Source: an uncultured Dehalococcoidia bacterium
Lineage (GTDB): Bacteria; Chloroflexota; Dehalococcoidia; Lucifugimonadales; UBA3495
Assembly: GCA_964343075.1 (NCBI GenBank)
Contig: CAYFGT010000002.1
Span: 89,964 to 153,963, forward strand
Reading direction: 5' to 3'
Length of the DNA: 64,000 nt
A program made the translations under genes and the position numbers. Positions within the stretch are counted from its first letter, which is position 1. Each line of letters begins with the position of its first letter. This document shows positions 1 through 9,530 of this stretch, piece by piece. Under the pieces are notes generated by a model. It saw only the letters and a program-made list of their open reading frames with translations. It had not been told where the DNA came from and made no database searches.

Positions 1-41
1 TCGTCTTCTTGGTCCCGGTCCATTTAGAGTTGCTCTGCAGT

Positions 42-1100
42 TTACAGGTTCAATTGTGGAACCATGTATCCTGTTAACTTGTTATAAATTTGTAATCGTT
101 GTCTCTGGCAGTCAGCCACTACAACACGGTCATTTTCAGTATCGAAGCTGATACCGGTGGGTAGTACAAAAGACCACTCAGATTCAGTAGATTTAACCTC
201 CCTACGTCGGCGAAGGTAGTCCGTGTTGGCTTCAATAGTCATTTCTGCCCATCTTGATAATTGTTGTGCATCCCCCGCTAAAGAGACAATGTAGTCTCCT
301 TCTTCTGAGAATATATGAACTTTGCCCCAATGCATGTCGTTTGGAGCCCAGTCGCTAATATAAATATCTCCATTGCTATCAACTGCTACTGCAGTTGGAT
401 GGTCCAACTCGCCAAATTTATTACCATAGGAGCCGATAGATTTTTTGAAATTCCCATCAGTATCAAATAGTTGAACGCGATGATTTTTATGGTCAGCTAC
501 ATATACGATGTTTTTTGAGTCAATAGTTATTCCCCAAGGCCTGTTTAGTTGCCCCGGTTCTGATCCTTCTTCTCCCCAACTAGTAATTAATTCCCCGGAA
601 GGTGAGTATTTCCGAACTTGGCTAGCAAAACTACCAGTGATATATAAATTGTCTTGGTCATCTATAGTGATGCCGGCAGGTCCAAAAGTACCAGGTTCGT
701 CAGATACAAAGAATTCGCTGATAAAGTTACCCTCTAAGTCGAAACTTAGTATTTTGTCCATATGTTCATCGGTCACATATAAAGTATTTGTGCTTGATAT
801 TGCTATATCAGTGGGCCAAATGAACTCCCCTTCTCCGTTACCGTATTTACCAAATTCTCCGGTGAAGGTTTCTTCTCCGTGTCCGCCGCCGAGCGTAATC
901 ATACTTACTCGGGCGCCAACTCCTGTTTTGTTCCATGGAACGTTACTTATTGTTTCTGCTCCTCGGTTTATCACATATGTAATACCGTTAGGACCGAAAG
1001 TCATTCCGCACGGATAATTGAATCCCATGCCTGACTGAGCACCTCTGCCTATAGAGTGACTGTAGTCATAAGTGCGACCATTTGCGGTTGTAGTTAACAT
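42..1100 (-). CDS. NHL-repeat beta-propeller protein
   Basis: Repeated NHL blades (WPTDIAIS, RPWGITID..VYVADHKNHRVQLFD, HPTAVAVDSNGDIYISDW); no signal peptide. Confidence 0.9.
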   Translation of the reverse strand: MLTTTANGRTYDYSHSIGRGAQSGMGFNYPCGMTFGPNGITYVINRGAETISNVPWNKTGVGARVSMITLGGGHGEETFTGEFGKYGNGEGEFIWPTDIAISSTNTLYVTDEHMDKILSFDLEGNFISEFFVSDEPGTFGPAGITIDDQDNLYITGSFASQVRKYSPSGELITSWGEEGSEPGQLNRPWGITIDSKNIVYVADHKNHRVQLFDTDGNFKKSIGSYGNKFGELDHPTAVAVDSNGDIYISDWAPNDMHWGKVHIFSEEGDYIVSLAGDAQQLSRWAEMTIEANTDYLRRRREVKSTESEWSFVLPTGISFDTENDRVVVADCQRQRLQIYNKLTGYMVPQLNL

Positions 1101-1131
1101 TATAGTCTCCTAATACGGTAAGGCTTGAGCC

Positions 1132-2259
1132 TTACTTCATATAAGCTAATTTTTCAAAGTTACCATTTACTATGGGGTTAGCGTCTAGGCCGAACCAATC
1201 TTCAACCATAGTTGAATAAACACTTCTAAAGTCTACGTTTGGAACTACGTCTCCCTGCTCAAGATGTTCTGGTTTCATGCTTGGGAACTCGCCGTACTGA
1301 CCACCTTTGATTTGGTCACCAAGAGCAAATGCTACTCCACCTGCGCCGTGGTCTGTGCCGGAGCCATTATCAATAACCCTACGACCAAATTCAGAGAACA
1401 GGAACATAATTACATTTTCGCTGGCGTTATGCTCTCTTAGGTCAGCAAAGAATGCGCGAATGCCTTCTGAAACGTCTTTCCAGAGTTTGTCATGCATCCC
1501 TACTTGGTTGGAATGGCTATCGAAGCTACCATGATCACAATAGAAAACTCTAGTTCCGAAGTTTGCCAAATGAACTTGAGCGATTCCTTTGAGTTTCTTA
1601 GCTATTGTACTATCAGGATATTCGACGGTCGAAGAATACATTTTAGGAGCATCTTTTAGAATGTCAGCACCTTCTAGAGTATCTAGACCTGTTTGTCCTA
1701 AGTAGTCCATTACAGCGCCTGTTCCAATTGTGGGAGAGTACATTCTTGCAAACCTATCAAGAATTTTGTTTCTTTGTTCGTTTGCTATACCTGGTAGAAG
1801 TCCATAGTTATCAAGGTCATCTACGCACGCTACTGGTACCCCAGGTAAAGCTAGTGCTCTAGGTAATGCTGCTCCGAAACTAACAGCTGTGAGAACGTTT
1901 TCTTTGTTAGGGTCTAATTCTCTAGTAACTTTACCTAACCATCCTTCGGTTCCAATCTTGTCTGGCTCGCATGTGTGCCAAATGTCCATAGACCTGAAGT
2001 GGGACCTAGGGGAATCTGCGTAGCCTACTCCATGGATTATAGCCATATCCCCTGCGTCATAAAGTTCTTTGATTGGAGCCATTTCTGGGTGAAACCCGAT
2101 CTGGTCATCTATTTTAATAATTCTGTCTTCAGGAACTCCGACTACAGGTCTTGAGTCCCGATAAATGCCATCGGCATATGGGATTGTAGTGTTGAGATAG
2201 TCATTTCCTCCAGACATCTGGAGGACTACTATTACTGGATCTTTTTTTGTACTAGTCAT
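1132..2259 (-). CDS. DUF1501 domain protein
   Basis: VVLQMSGGND, HGVGY..SPRSHFRSMDIW, GWLG, FDSHSNQ, SEFGRRV..NGSGTDHG motifs. Confidence 0.9.
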   Translation of the reverse strand: MTSTKKDPVIVVLQMSGGNDYLNTTIPYADGIYRDSRPVVGVPEDRIIKIDDQIGFHPEMAPIKELYDAGDMAIIHGVGYADSPRSHFRSMDIWHTCEPDKIGTEGWLGKVTRELDPNKENVLTAVSFGAALPRALALPGVPVACVDDLDNYGLLPGIANEQRNKILDRFARMYSPTIGTGAVMDYLGQTGLDTLEGADILKDAPKMYSSTVEYPDSTIAKKLKGIAQVHLANFGTRVFYCDHGSFDSHSNQVGMHDKLWKDVSEGIRAFFADLREHNASENVIMFLFSEFGRRVIDNGSGTDHGAGGVAFALGDQIKGGQYGEFPSMKPEHLEQGDVVPNVDFRSVYSTMVEDWFGLDANPIVNGNFEKLAYMK

Positions 2260-2273
2260 TTCCTTCTCCTAAC

Positions 2274-3665
2274 TTACGCGTATTGAAATTCTCTTAAAGA
2301 TACAATTAGTTGTAACAGCTCGGTGATCCTGATTTCACAGTTGTCATCGCTGGAGCAGTCTAAGTCTCCTTCTTCTTGAGCATAAGCGATTAGTTCTGCT
2401 TTTGAGGCTTCTGTTACATCAAGCGGACCCATCAGATCGAGACAGGTATCTACTAATTGTTCGGGGCTAAGTTTCCCGCCTTGTTTAACTCTATTAATTA
2501 TGTTCTGGACACCGGGTTTGCTGGCATCTCCAAACATGTCTGCAGTGAAGTTGATTCTTCTCATTAATGAACCGCTGTTGATCCATTCTGCCCCATAATG
2601 CCATCCTTCAACAGAAGGAACATTTAGTAAGTCTTGCCCCATATAACCATATTGGCGACTCATGTCTCCTAGGCCAGGGAATGGTTTTTCATAACCACCA
2701 ACCATTCTAAGAGTGGAAACCACAATTTCTGCAGGATTTTTAATTTTTTCGAATCTTGCATTCTTGAAGAATTCTGAATTAAATAGCACTCTTAAAGTGT
2801 GTTTTATGTCATAGTCAGTTTCTATCAAAGCGTCTGCGAGAGCGTCAACGGCATCTTCATCTCGGGGAGGTGTTACACCCCATGCAGGTACTTGTACTTC
2901 GTCTGCAACGAAGAAGTTATATAGATGTCTCGCTAGGAATTGTGCTGTTGCTGGCTGTTCCAAGATAATTCGAATGATGTCATCACCATTGAAATTGCCT
3001 GTTTGTCCTAAGAAGGTCTTTTCGCCATCGTCATGAAGCTCTGGCTTGTATATAAAGTCTTGATCATGTCGGCCAACTGGTCCTCTTGGGAGCATTAATT
3101 CGTAGGTCCAACCTGTAAATGCTCTAGACGCCTCTCTTACATCTACTTCTGTGTAATTTCCTACTCCCATTGAGAATAATTCGAGTAGCTCTCTACCCCA
3201 GTTTTCATTCACAGCAGTAGCAGTGTTTTCAATATTGTCTAAATAAAACAACATTCCTGGACTTTTAGCAGTGGCTATCAGGATGTCTTCAAATTTCCCC
3301 ATCCCAATCTCTTTGAATTCGTGAATTCTTCTGTTTTCATTTTGGTAGTGGTCAGTTTTGGCTACCCCAGTAGGGATAAGCATGTACCAGAACAAAGCTA
3401 GTTTTTCTTGAAGAGGCCTTTTTGAGGCTATCATAGCTTGTAACCATTCTGCGCTACCGAAGTTTTGGATTGTGCCGCTTCTGAATGCCCATGGTTGGTA
3501 TCTCATGATTTCCCATCGGTCTACGGCGGGTTGGCTATCAGGATCTAAGAGTTCTTCCACAGTGGCTTCGTAACCAACTTTAACTCTTTCTTCTAACTCT
3601 TCTCTTGTAGCTCCAAAACCGGCCCTTCGCATCAGATGGGCCATTAATTCTATATCTGCTGACAT
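2274..3665 (-). CDS. DUF1800 domain protein
   Basis: HLMRRAGFGA, NENWGRELLELFSMG, SRAFTGW, HDDGEKTFLG, PSVEGW; start placed at ATG 3665 behind GGAGGAG (track start 3683). Confidence 0.9.
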   Translation of the reverse strand: MSADIELMAHLMRRAGFGATREELEERVKVGYEATVEELLDPDSQPAVDRWEIMRYQPWAFRSGTIQNFGSAEWLQAMIASKRPLQEKLALFWYMLIPTGVAKTDHYQNENRRIHEFKEIGMGKFEDILIATAKSPGMLFYLDNIENTATAVNENWGRELLELFSMGVGNYTEVDVREASRAFTGWTYELMLPRGPVGRHDQDFIYKPELHDDGEKTFLGQTGNFNGDDIIRIILEQPATAQFLARHLYNFFVADEVQVPAWGVTPPRDEDAVDALADALIETDYDIKHTLRVLFNSEFFKNARFEKIKNPAEIVVSTLRMVGGYEKPFPGLGDMSRQYGYMGQDLLNVPSVEGWHYGAEWINSGSLMRRINFTADMFGDASKPGVQNIINRVKQGGKLSPEQLVDTCLDLMGPLDVTEASKAELIAYAQEEGDLDCSSDDNCEIRITELLQLIVSLREFQYA

Positions 3666-3777
3666 ATTGACTCCTCCATACATATCATCTCATAGATTCT
3701 AGTCTCGCGATTTTATCGTAAAAAACGGAATTTGTACATGTGATTTGATGTTTGTGTGGATTTAATAGCAGGCTAGT

Positions 3778-3854
3778 TGGTGGGCGATCCTGGACTCGAA
3801 CCAGGGACCTACGAATTATGAGTTCGGTGCTCTAACCAGCTGAGCTAATCGCCC
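3778..3854 (-). tRNA. tRNA with CAU anticodon, probably tRNA-Ile2 (lysidine) rather than Met; CCA encoded
   Basis: Reverse complement GGGCGATTAGCTCAGCTGGTTAGAGCACCGAACTCATAATTCGTAGGTCCCTGGTTCGAGTCCAGGATCGCCCACCA folds as a cloverleaf; G1:C72 pair (not initiator); C4:G69 and A73 fit Ile identity. Confidence 0.9.
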
Positions 3855-3913
3855 GTTTATTTGCCTGTTGTTATTAGAAAGAACATTGTACCAGTTACTA
3901 TTAACATATCAAA

Positions 3914-5269
3914 CTAAATGCCTAGATTTTTCTTGTAGTCAGGGTCCCAATTAGCAAGCGTTTTTGCTTCTAATCGTTGTAGGGGGTCAAATGTAGCAGA
4001 TGGCTCTCTATCTCCTGGTATGTCTGCTATGAGACCTTGTTCATATAGCGAGTCAAACTCTTCATCAGATAAACCAAGGATTGTTTTTAGATAGTATTCG
4101 TTATGTTCTCCAAATTTTGGAGCTGGCTTTGTGATGTGTAAAGGATGGTTGCTTAGCTTATAGGGTCTGCCAAGAAACATTCTAGTTCCCATGTTTCTGT
4201 CTGAAGGATACTCCACTTTCTCTATAAAATTTCTTGATACGAAATGTTTGTCATAATGTATGTCTTGGCTGTTAATAACAGGGCCTGCTGCTATACTGTT
4301 TTCCTGCAGTAAATGCATGATGTCATATTTGTCCTGTGTTTGAGTCCACTCACTTAGGATAACATCTATCTCATTATGATTTTTTATCCGATCGTTCAGA
4401 TGGATGAATTTGGGATCTTTGGCAATTGCGGGTTTATTGATCAGGGAACATAGTGTTTGCCATTCTTCGTCACTATCAACCGAAATTGCGATCCATTGGT
4501 CATTTCCTTTCGTTGGGTAACAGTTTTGAGGAGCTCTAAACGGACTTTTATTCCCGATTCTGTCTGCTTCTTGCCCATTCAACTGGGCGTTTAGCAAATA
4601 TTCGGATATAAACATTACTCCCGTTTGATACATTCCGATATCTATCCATTGCCCTTTGCCTGTTTCACTCCGATATTTTAAGGCTCCACCCAGTGCAAAT
4701 AATGCTGTCCAAGTTGCCAGGAAGTCTACAAAAGAAGCACCAGCTTTAGAAGGAGGCCCATTTTCATATCCGGTTAGGTTTGCCATTCCATGACTTAGTT
4801 CAGCTGTAGTGGCTTGACTTGGATAGCTGGAATACGGCCCATCTCCGTGTCCATATCCAGTGTTGCTGACCATAATTATGTCAGGCTTGAGTTTTTTAAG
4901 ATTGGGATAATCTAATCCCCACCCCTTCATTACTCTAGGGGTGAAATTTTCCATGACCACATCACTGATTTTAACCATTTCTTTAAACAGTTCTCTTCCC
5001 TCAGGATCTGCCATATTAATCACTAAAGAGTTTTTCCCTCGGTTGATAAGGTTGAAAGTAGAAGGTCTGTTCCACCAGTCTTCTCCGTGATCGTTGTCAG
5101 CGAAAACCCCTGCGTACCCGCCTGTTCTGGTTACGTCAGGGCGAGAAGGACCTTCGATTTTGATGACTTCTGCCCCTAGGTCCGCTAAATGTCCGCCAGC
5201 GTAAGGGAGTGCAAATACGTATGTGGAGTCTAATATCCGTAATCCTTCTAATGGGCGAGGGTTAGTCAT
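3914..5269 (-). CDS. Family III (CaiB/BaiF) CoA-transferase, subunit with the catalytic Asp
   Basis: LADLGAEVIKIE, NRGKNSL, DVVMENF, GASFVDFLA. Confidence 0.9.
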   Translation of the reverse strand: MTNPRPLEGLRILDSTYVFALPYAGGHLADLGAEVIKIEGPSRPDVTRTGGYAGVFADNDHGEDWWNRPSTFNLINRGKNSLVINMADPEGRELFKEMVKISDVVMENFTPRVMKGWGLDYPNLKKLKPDIIMVSNTGYGHGDGPYSSYPSQATTAELSHGMANLTGYENGPPSKAGASFVDFLATWTALFALGGALKYRSETGKGQWIDIGMYQTGVMFISEYLLNAQLNGQEADRIGNKSPFRAPQNCYPTKGNDQWIAISVDSDEEWQTLCSLINKPAIAKDPKFIHLNDRIKNHNEIDVILSEWTQTQDKYDIMHLLQENSIAAGPVINSQDIHYDKHFVSRNFIEKVEYPSDRNMGTRMFLGRPYKLSNHPLHITKPAPKFGEHNEYYLKTILGLSDEEFDSLYEQGLIADIPGDREPSATFDPLQRLEAKTLANWDPDYKKNLGI

Positions 5270-6466
5270 TTATACAACTCCTATTTGCCGGAGTTTCACC
5301 AATTGCGCGGCTGTAAATTCTAGATTGTCTATATAAATTTCTTCGTTATGTTGCCCTAGTGTAGGTGCTGGGTACCTCATTTTGAATGGGGTGGCACTAT
5401 ATTTGAATAATTCAGCCGGGACATTTACTTTTCCGAAATATGGATGCTCGATCTCATGGTAGAATCCTCGTGACTGTAATTGTTCACAGTCATTCAATTC
5501 CGTTGCAGTTTGGGCTACTCCAAATAACATCCGAGCCTCTGAGGCCTTCCTGAATAATTCCCATTTTCCTTTGTTTTTCATATAACTCTCCACAATATTG
5601 TCGAGTTCAGAACCGTGGGCTATTCGCTGTTCGCGTATGGCAAATTTTGGTTCAAGCAATTCTGGAGATTCGAAAAAGTTTGCTATGTCTTCCCAGGAAG
5701 CACCACCTCCGGTTTGCCATACTACCCAACCGTCTTTTGTTGCTTGTGCGGCTTGTTCGGAGTTGCTACCTTCGGCTTTTCTCCTAGTTTGGGTTCCTCC
5801 CATAAATGGGTATATTGACTGAGTTGCCATCATTGTAGAAGCGACGCATTCTGTGATAGAAACATCTATATGTTCTCCAATACCGGTAAGGCCACTTTTA
5901 AATAGTGAGATACTAGTTGCTCCGGCCCCAAATAGCCCTCCTTCATATTCAGCTTGCATACCTGCGTGCTTTAGTGGCTGTTGGCCTTGTACACCACTAA
6001 TGCTCATGATTAAGCTCATCGCATAGTTGATTAGTTCGGAGGCTTTAAAATTTTTGTAAGGCCCCGTCTGACCGAAAGGGGTAATAGACGTCATACTTAA
6101 CTTAGGATTGATTTGCTGCAACGTAGGAAGGTCTAGCCCTAATTGTTTCATGAAACCCGGTTGAAAACTTTCAATGATGAGATCTGCTCTTGAAGCTAAA
6201 TCTTTGAAAATATTTTTGCCAATCGATGTTTCAAGATTGAGAGTGATACCTTTCTTGTTGAAGTTATGAGTGAAAAAAGATAGGCTTTTTTCATAGTGAG
6301 GATCATTTTCGAAGAATGGGCCCTGAGTTCGTAATTTAACTCCGTTGATGGGTTCTATTTTTAAAACATTAGCTCCATAATCAGCAAATAGTCTAGCGCA
6401 GAAGGAGCCTGATACATCTTCACTGACGTCTAGTATAGTGAGGTTTTCGAAAACATTGTTAAGCAT
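5270..6466 (-). CDS. Family III (CaiB/BaiF) CoA-transferase, second subunit
   Basis: ADYGANVLKIEP, NFNKKGITLNL, SITPFGQTGPY, APTLGQHN. Confidence 0.9.
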   Translation of the reverse strand: MLNNVFENLTILDVSEDVSGSFCARLFADYGANVLKIEPINGVKLRTQGPFFENDPHYEKSLSFFTHNFNKKGITLNLETSIGKNIFKDLASRADLIIESFQPGFMKQLGLDLPTLQQINPKLSMTSITPFGQTGPYKNFKASELINYAMSLIMSISGVQGQQPLKHAGMQAEYEGGLFGAGATSISLFKSGLTGIGEHIDVSITECVASTMMATQSIYPFMGGTQTRRKAEGSNSEQAAQATKDGWVVWQTGGGASWEDIANFFESPELLEPKFAIREQRIAHGSELDNIVESYMKNKGKWELFRKASEARMLFGVAQTATELNDCEQLQSRGFYHEIEHPYFGKVNVPAELFKYSATPFKMRYPAPTLGQHNEEIYIDNLEFTAAQLVKLRQIGVV

Positions 6467-6593
6467 TAGTTTTTTTTCAGTTATTGTGGATTCTTTGCCA
6501 ATCGAGACAGGATTGTATCTGAACTATATCTTTAAGGCAACTTAATAATTAAGTACAATCAGTAAAGTGAAAAATGAGCCATAGGAGGAAGGA

Positions 6594-7370
6594 ATGGTCA
6601 GAGATAACAGAGTAAAACAAGTAATGAATTCTGGAGGTTTAGCTTTAGGAACATATGTAGGACTCGCTGATCCCCAAATTGTTGAAATAATAGGATTAGC
6701 TGGATATGACGCTGCGTTCATAGATATGGAACACACAACTTGGGATTTGTCCACCATAGGAGAAATGATTAAATCTGCGGATTTGGTAGGAATTACTTCT
6801 GTCGTGCGAGTCCCTGGGAATGATGAAAATTTAATCCTTAGATTATTAGATATGGGAGCTGAAGGGATCATAATTCCTCACATTGAAGGCTTAGAGGGAG
6901 CTAAACGGGCAGTTGATGCTGTTCGTTATCCACCTATGGGTACTAGAGGTGCAGCTGGTAGTAGCAGAGCTGCGAGGTTTGGCACGGTCAAATGGGAGGA
7001 ACACGTAAATACATCGAATACGCAAATTTTGTTGTCCGTAATGTGTGAGGACGATAAAGGGATTAGTGAAATTGAACAAATAGCAGCTTTAGATGGTATA
7101 GATCTTGTGTCGATTGGCCCTACTGATTTTTCTGAATATATGGGTATAAGAGATCCAAAAGATGATAGATTGAGAGGAAAGTTGAATGACTTAGCAGAGG
7201 CTGTTAAGGCTGTCGGTAAAGCTAAGTTATCAGTTCCAATGCATCATCCAGCCTTGCCTTTGGACGCTAATGACTTGCTCTCACTTGGTGTGGGATACAC
7301 ACATGTTGGCCCTCCTCCCGGATCGATTTTATATCAATCATTGGCTAGCAGACTGAAAGAGATAAGATGA
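6594..7370 (+). CDS. HpcH/HpaI-family class II pyruvate aldolase
   Basis: FIDMEH, VVRVP, LLDMGAEGIIIPH, RYPPMGTRG, IGPTD; GGAGG RBS. Confidence 0.85.
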   Translation: MVRDNRVKQVMNSGGLALGTYVGLADPQIVEIIGLAGYDAAFIDMEHTTWDLSTIGEMIKSADLVGITSVVRVPGNDENLILRLLDMGAEGIIIPHIEGLEGAKRAVDAVRYPPMGTRGAAGSSRAARFGTVKWEEHVNTSNTQILLSVMCEDDKGISEIEQIAALDGIDLVSIGPTDFSEYMGIRDPKDDRLRGKLNDLAEAVKAVGKAKLSVPMHHPALPLDANDLLSLGVGYTHVGPPPGSILYQSLASRLKEIR

Positions 7371-7397
7371 AAATCATAAATAAGTGTTAACTCGTCT

Positions 7398-7895
7398 ATG
7401 AAGCTAATATTCGTTTCTAGTCTATTGTTCGTGATTATGTTGGGAGCTTGCCAAGTTGATGAAGTTGATTCATACAATTGGGGAGGTCGTTTAGGGAACT
7501 CTGTTCAAATAGGAGTTGATATCATATCTGTTGATATTGCAGATACTCCCGAATTGCGAATGATTGGCCTCTCTGAGCATGAACGATTAGATGAAGGTAG
7601 CGGAATGCTTTTTGTTTATTCTAAGGCAGGGTCGCGTGCTTTTTGGATGAAAGGAATGGAATTCCCGTTGGATATTATCTGGATAACATCAGATTGTAGA
7701 ATTGGTAAAGTTACGGAAAATGTTCAAGTTCCCAATTATGAAAATGTAAATGATACGGGTTATAGGACATATGAATCTGATGGTCCAGTTCAATTTGTCC
7801 TGGAAGTCAATTCAGGGTATGCCGATGAACACAACGTGAGAGCTGGAGACGCTGTGGTGTTTTTGGGTCCGTTGACCGAGGATTATCAATGTTAG
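7398..7895 (+). CDS. DUF192 domain protein, probable lipoprotein
   Basis: IADTPELRMIGL, GMLFVY, FWMKGMEFPLDIIWI, VLEVNSG; lipobox-like MLGAC. Confidence 0.85.
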   Translation: MKLIFVSSLLFVIMLGACQVDEVDSYNWGGRLGNSVQIGVDIISVDIADTPELRMIGLSEHERLDEGSGMLFVYSKAGSRAFWMKGMEFPLDIIWITSDCRIGKVTENVQVPNYENVNDTGYRTYESDGPVQFVLEVNSGYADEHNVRAGDAVVFLGPLTEDYQC

Positions 7896-7911
7896 AAAAG
7901 TGCAGGTAAGA

Positions 7912-8829
7912 ATGAAAGTTTTAGTTTCTGGGTCGTTAGCTTATGACAGGATTATGGATTTTAGTGGAATATTTAGTGACCATATACTCCCGGATAAATT
8001 GGATGATATAAATGTGAGTTTTACTGTAGACAACTTGACAGAAAACTACGGAGGTACTGCTGGGAATATCGCATATGCGCTGCAATGTATGGGGGAAACT
8101 CCAGTTTTACTGGCGACTCTTGGGTATGACCACCATCGATACTCAGCTCGGTTAGAAGAACTTAATATAGATACAACGTATGTGAAGCTTATTGAAGATG
8201 ATGCGACTTCATCTGGTTTCGTAACGACAGATAGTGATGGTAATCAAATTACAGCATTTAACTTAGGAGCAATGAAATATGAGTGTGATTTCACTGAAAA
8301 GGCAATTAACTTCGAAGATACAATAGCTATCATTGCCCCAGGAAATATCCAAGATATGGTTAGGTTATCTGAGATATATCATGAACACCAAGTCTATTCT
8401 ATATTTGATCCCAGTCAATCTCTTCCGGTTTGGAATGGGGAAGACCTAAGAACTGCAATAATGCAAAATGATATTACTATAAGTAATATGTACGAATTAT
8501 CATTAATTGAAAACATTACGGGTTGGAGTACAGAACAATTTGTTGAGCAAGCAGGTACAGTAATTACAACAAAAGGACAAGCAGGGTCTGAGATTTTTTA
8601 TGAAGGCTCCAGAATTAGTATTGATTGTGTAAATGCTGAGCAAGTGATTGATCCAACAGGTGCTGGAGATTCATACAGAGGAGGTTTGTTAAAAGGTTTA
8701 ACCCAAGGTTGGTCCCTGATGGATAGCTGCAAACTTGGTGCTGTTGTTGCAAGTAAAGTTGTGTCAACTCGAGGCACTCAAAATTATTCCATAACTTTTG
8801 AAGAAGCTTATAGAAGGTTGGCTGAGTGA
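7912..8829 (+). CDS. PfkB-family carbohydrate/nucleoside kinase (adenosine kinase-like)
   Basis: VSGSLAYD, GGTAGNIAY, DPTGAGDSYRGG; ATG at 7912 preferred over track GTG 7900. Confidence 0.85.
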   Translation: MKVLVSGSLAYDRIMDFSGIFSDHILPDKLDDINVSFTVDNLTENYGGTAGNIAYALQCMGETPVLLATLGYDHHRYSARLEELNIDTTYVKLIEDDATSSGFVTTDSDGNQITAFNLGAMKYECDFTEKAINFEDTIAIIAPGNIQDMVRLSEIYHEHQVYSIFDPSQSLPVWNGEDLRTAIMQNDITISNMYELSLIENITGWSTEQFVEQAGTVITTKGQAGSEIFYEGSRISIDCVNAEQVIDPTGAGDSYRGGLLKGLTQGWSLMDSCKLGAVVASKVVSTRGTQNYSITFEEAYRRLAE

Positions 8830-8844
8830 TAGGGTTCTAGATTA

Positions 8845-9252
8845 ATGTTGTTATCAAGTTATTTCAGATCGCTAGTGAATCGTTATAAACTTGGATCTAG
8901 TAAAGATAGCATGCGTGAAACTTTTCCACATAACGCTAGATTTTTAGTTATACCTCGTCGAAATGATAGTTCATATGGAAAAGGTGATGTAGTAGTATTC
9001 CAAGATTTGTCTGATGGAAGTATAAATCTGGTAAAAAGAATTATCGGCACTCCAGATGAGGATATTGTTGTTGATGGTAAAGAGTACTTCCTGGGTACAG
9101 ATGAATATTTCGTCATTGGAGAATCGCATGGTCATGTCTCAGGATATATTCCATATGATAGTCGGTACTTTGGCCCAATATCTGTTAACTATATTATCGG
9201 TAGAGCTTGGTTTATGTATTGGCCGTTAGGCAGAATAGGTAGAGTTTCCTAG
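8845..9252 (+). CDS. S26 signal peptidase I-like protein without an obvious membrane anchor
   Basis: DSM (Ser), GDVVVF, VKRIIG (Lys), DSRYFGP, IIGRAWFMYWP. Confidence 0.7.
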   Translation: MLLSSYFRSLVNRYKLGSSKDSMRETFPHNARFLVIPRRNDSSYGKGDVVVFQDLSDGSINLVKRIIGTPDEDIVVDGKEYFLGTDEYFVIGESHGHVSGYIPYDSRYFGPISVNYIIGRAWFMYWPLGRIGRVS

Positions 9253-9518
9253 AAATTCCAGAAATTACCGACCTGACATACCAAGTCTACAGAGTGGATT
9301 GATTCAGCTTCCCATCCAACCATATTTATCCAGTCTTCAAAATGTTGTTGTTCAGCTGCTTCGCATTCTGAAACGATTTTGCCGCTATCTAGATCAGCGT
9401 AGACTTTGAGGATAGTCGTCCTACGATCAGGTCTCCATTTGGCGACACCTGCCAATTTTGATTTGAATTGTTCTTCAGTAAGTCCTGGAACATTGTGTAT
9501 TGCCATGAATCTTGCCAT
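9249..9518 (-). CDS. Small DUF4242-like (SCO4226 nickel-binding-like) protein
   Basis: MARFMAIH..PG.T, YADLDSGKIV.ECEA, ESIHSV pattern; 89 aa. Confidence 0.55.
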   Translation of the reverse strand: MARFMAIHNVPGLTEEQFKSKLAGVAKWRPDRRTTILKVYADLDSGKIVSECEAAEQQHFEDWINMVGWEAESIHSVDLVCQVGNFWNF

Positions 9519-9530
9519 TGTTTTTCTCCT

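Noticed and set aside
1-23. Possible start (ATG GAC CGG, minus strand) of a gene running off the left edge
   Set aside because: Only seven codons are visible and there is no clear RBS.
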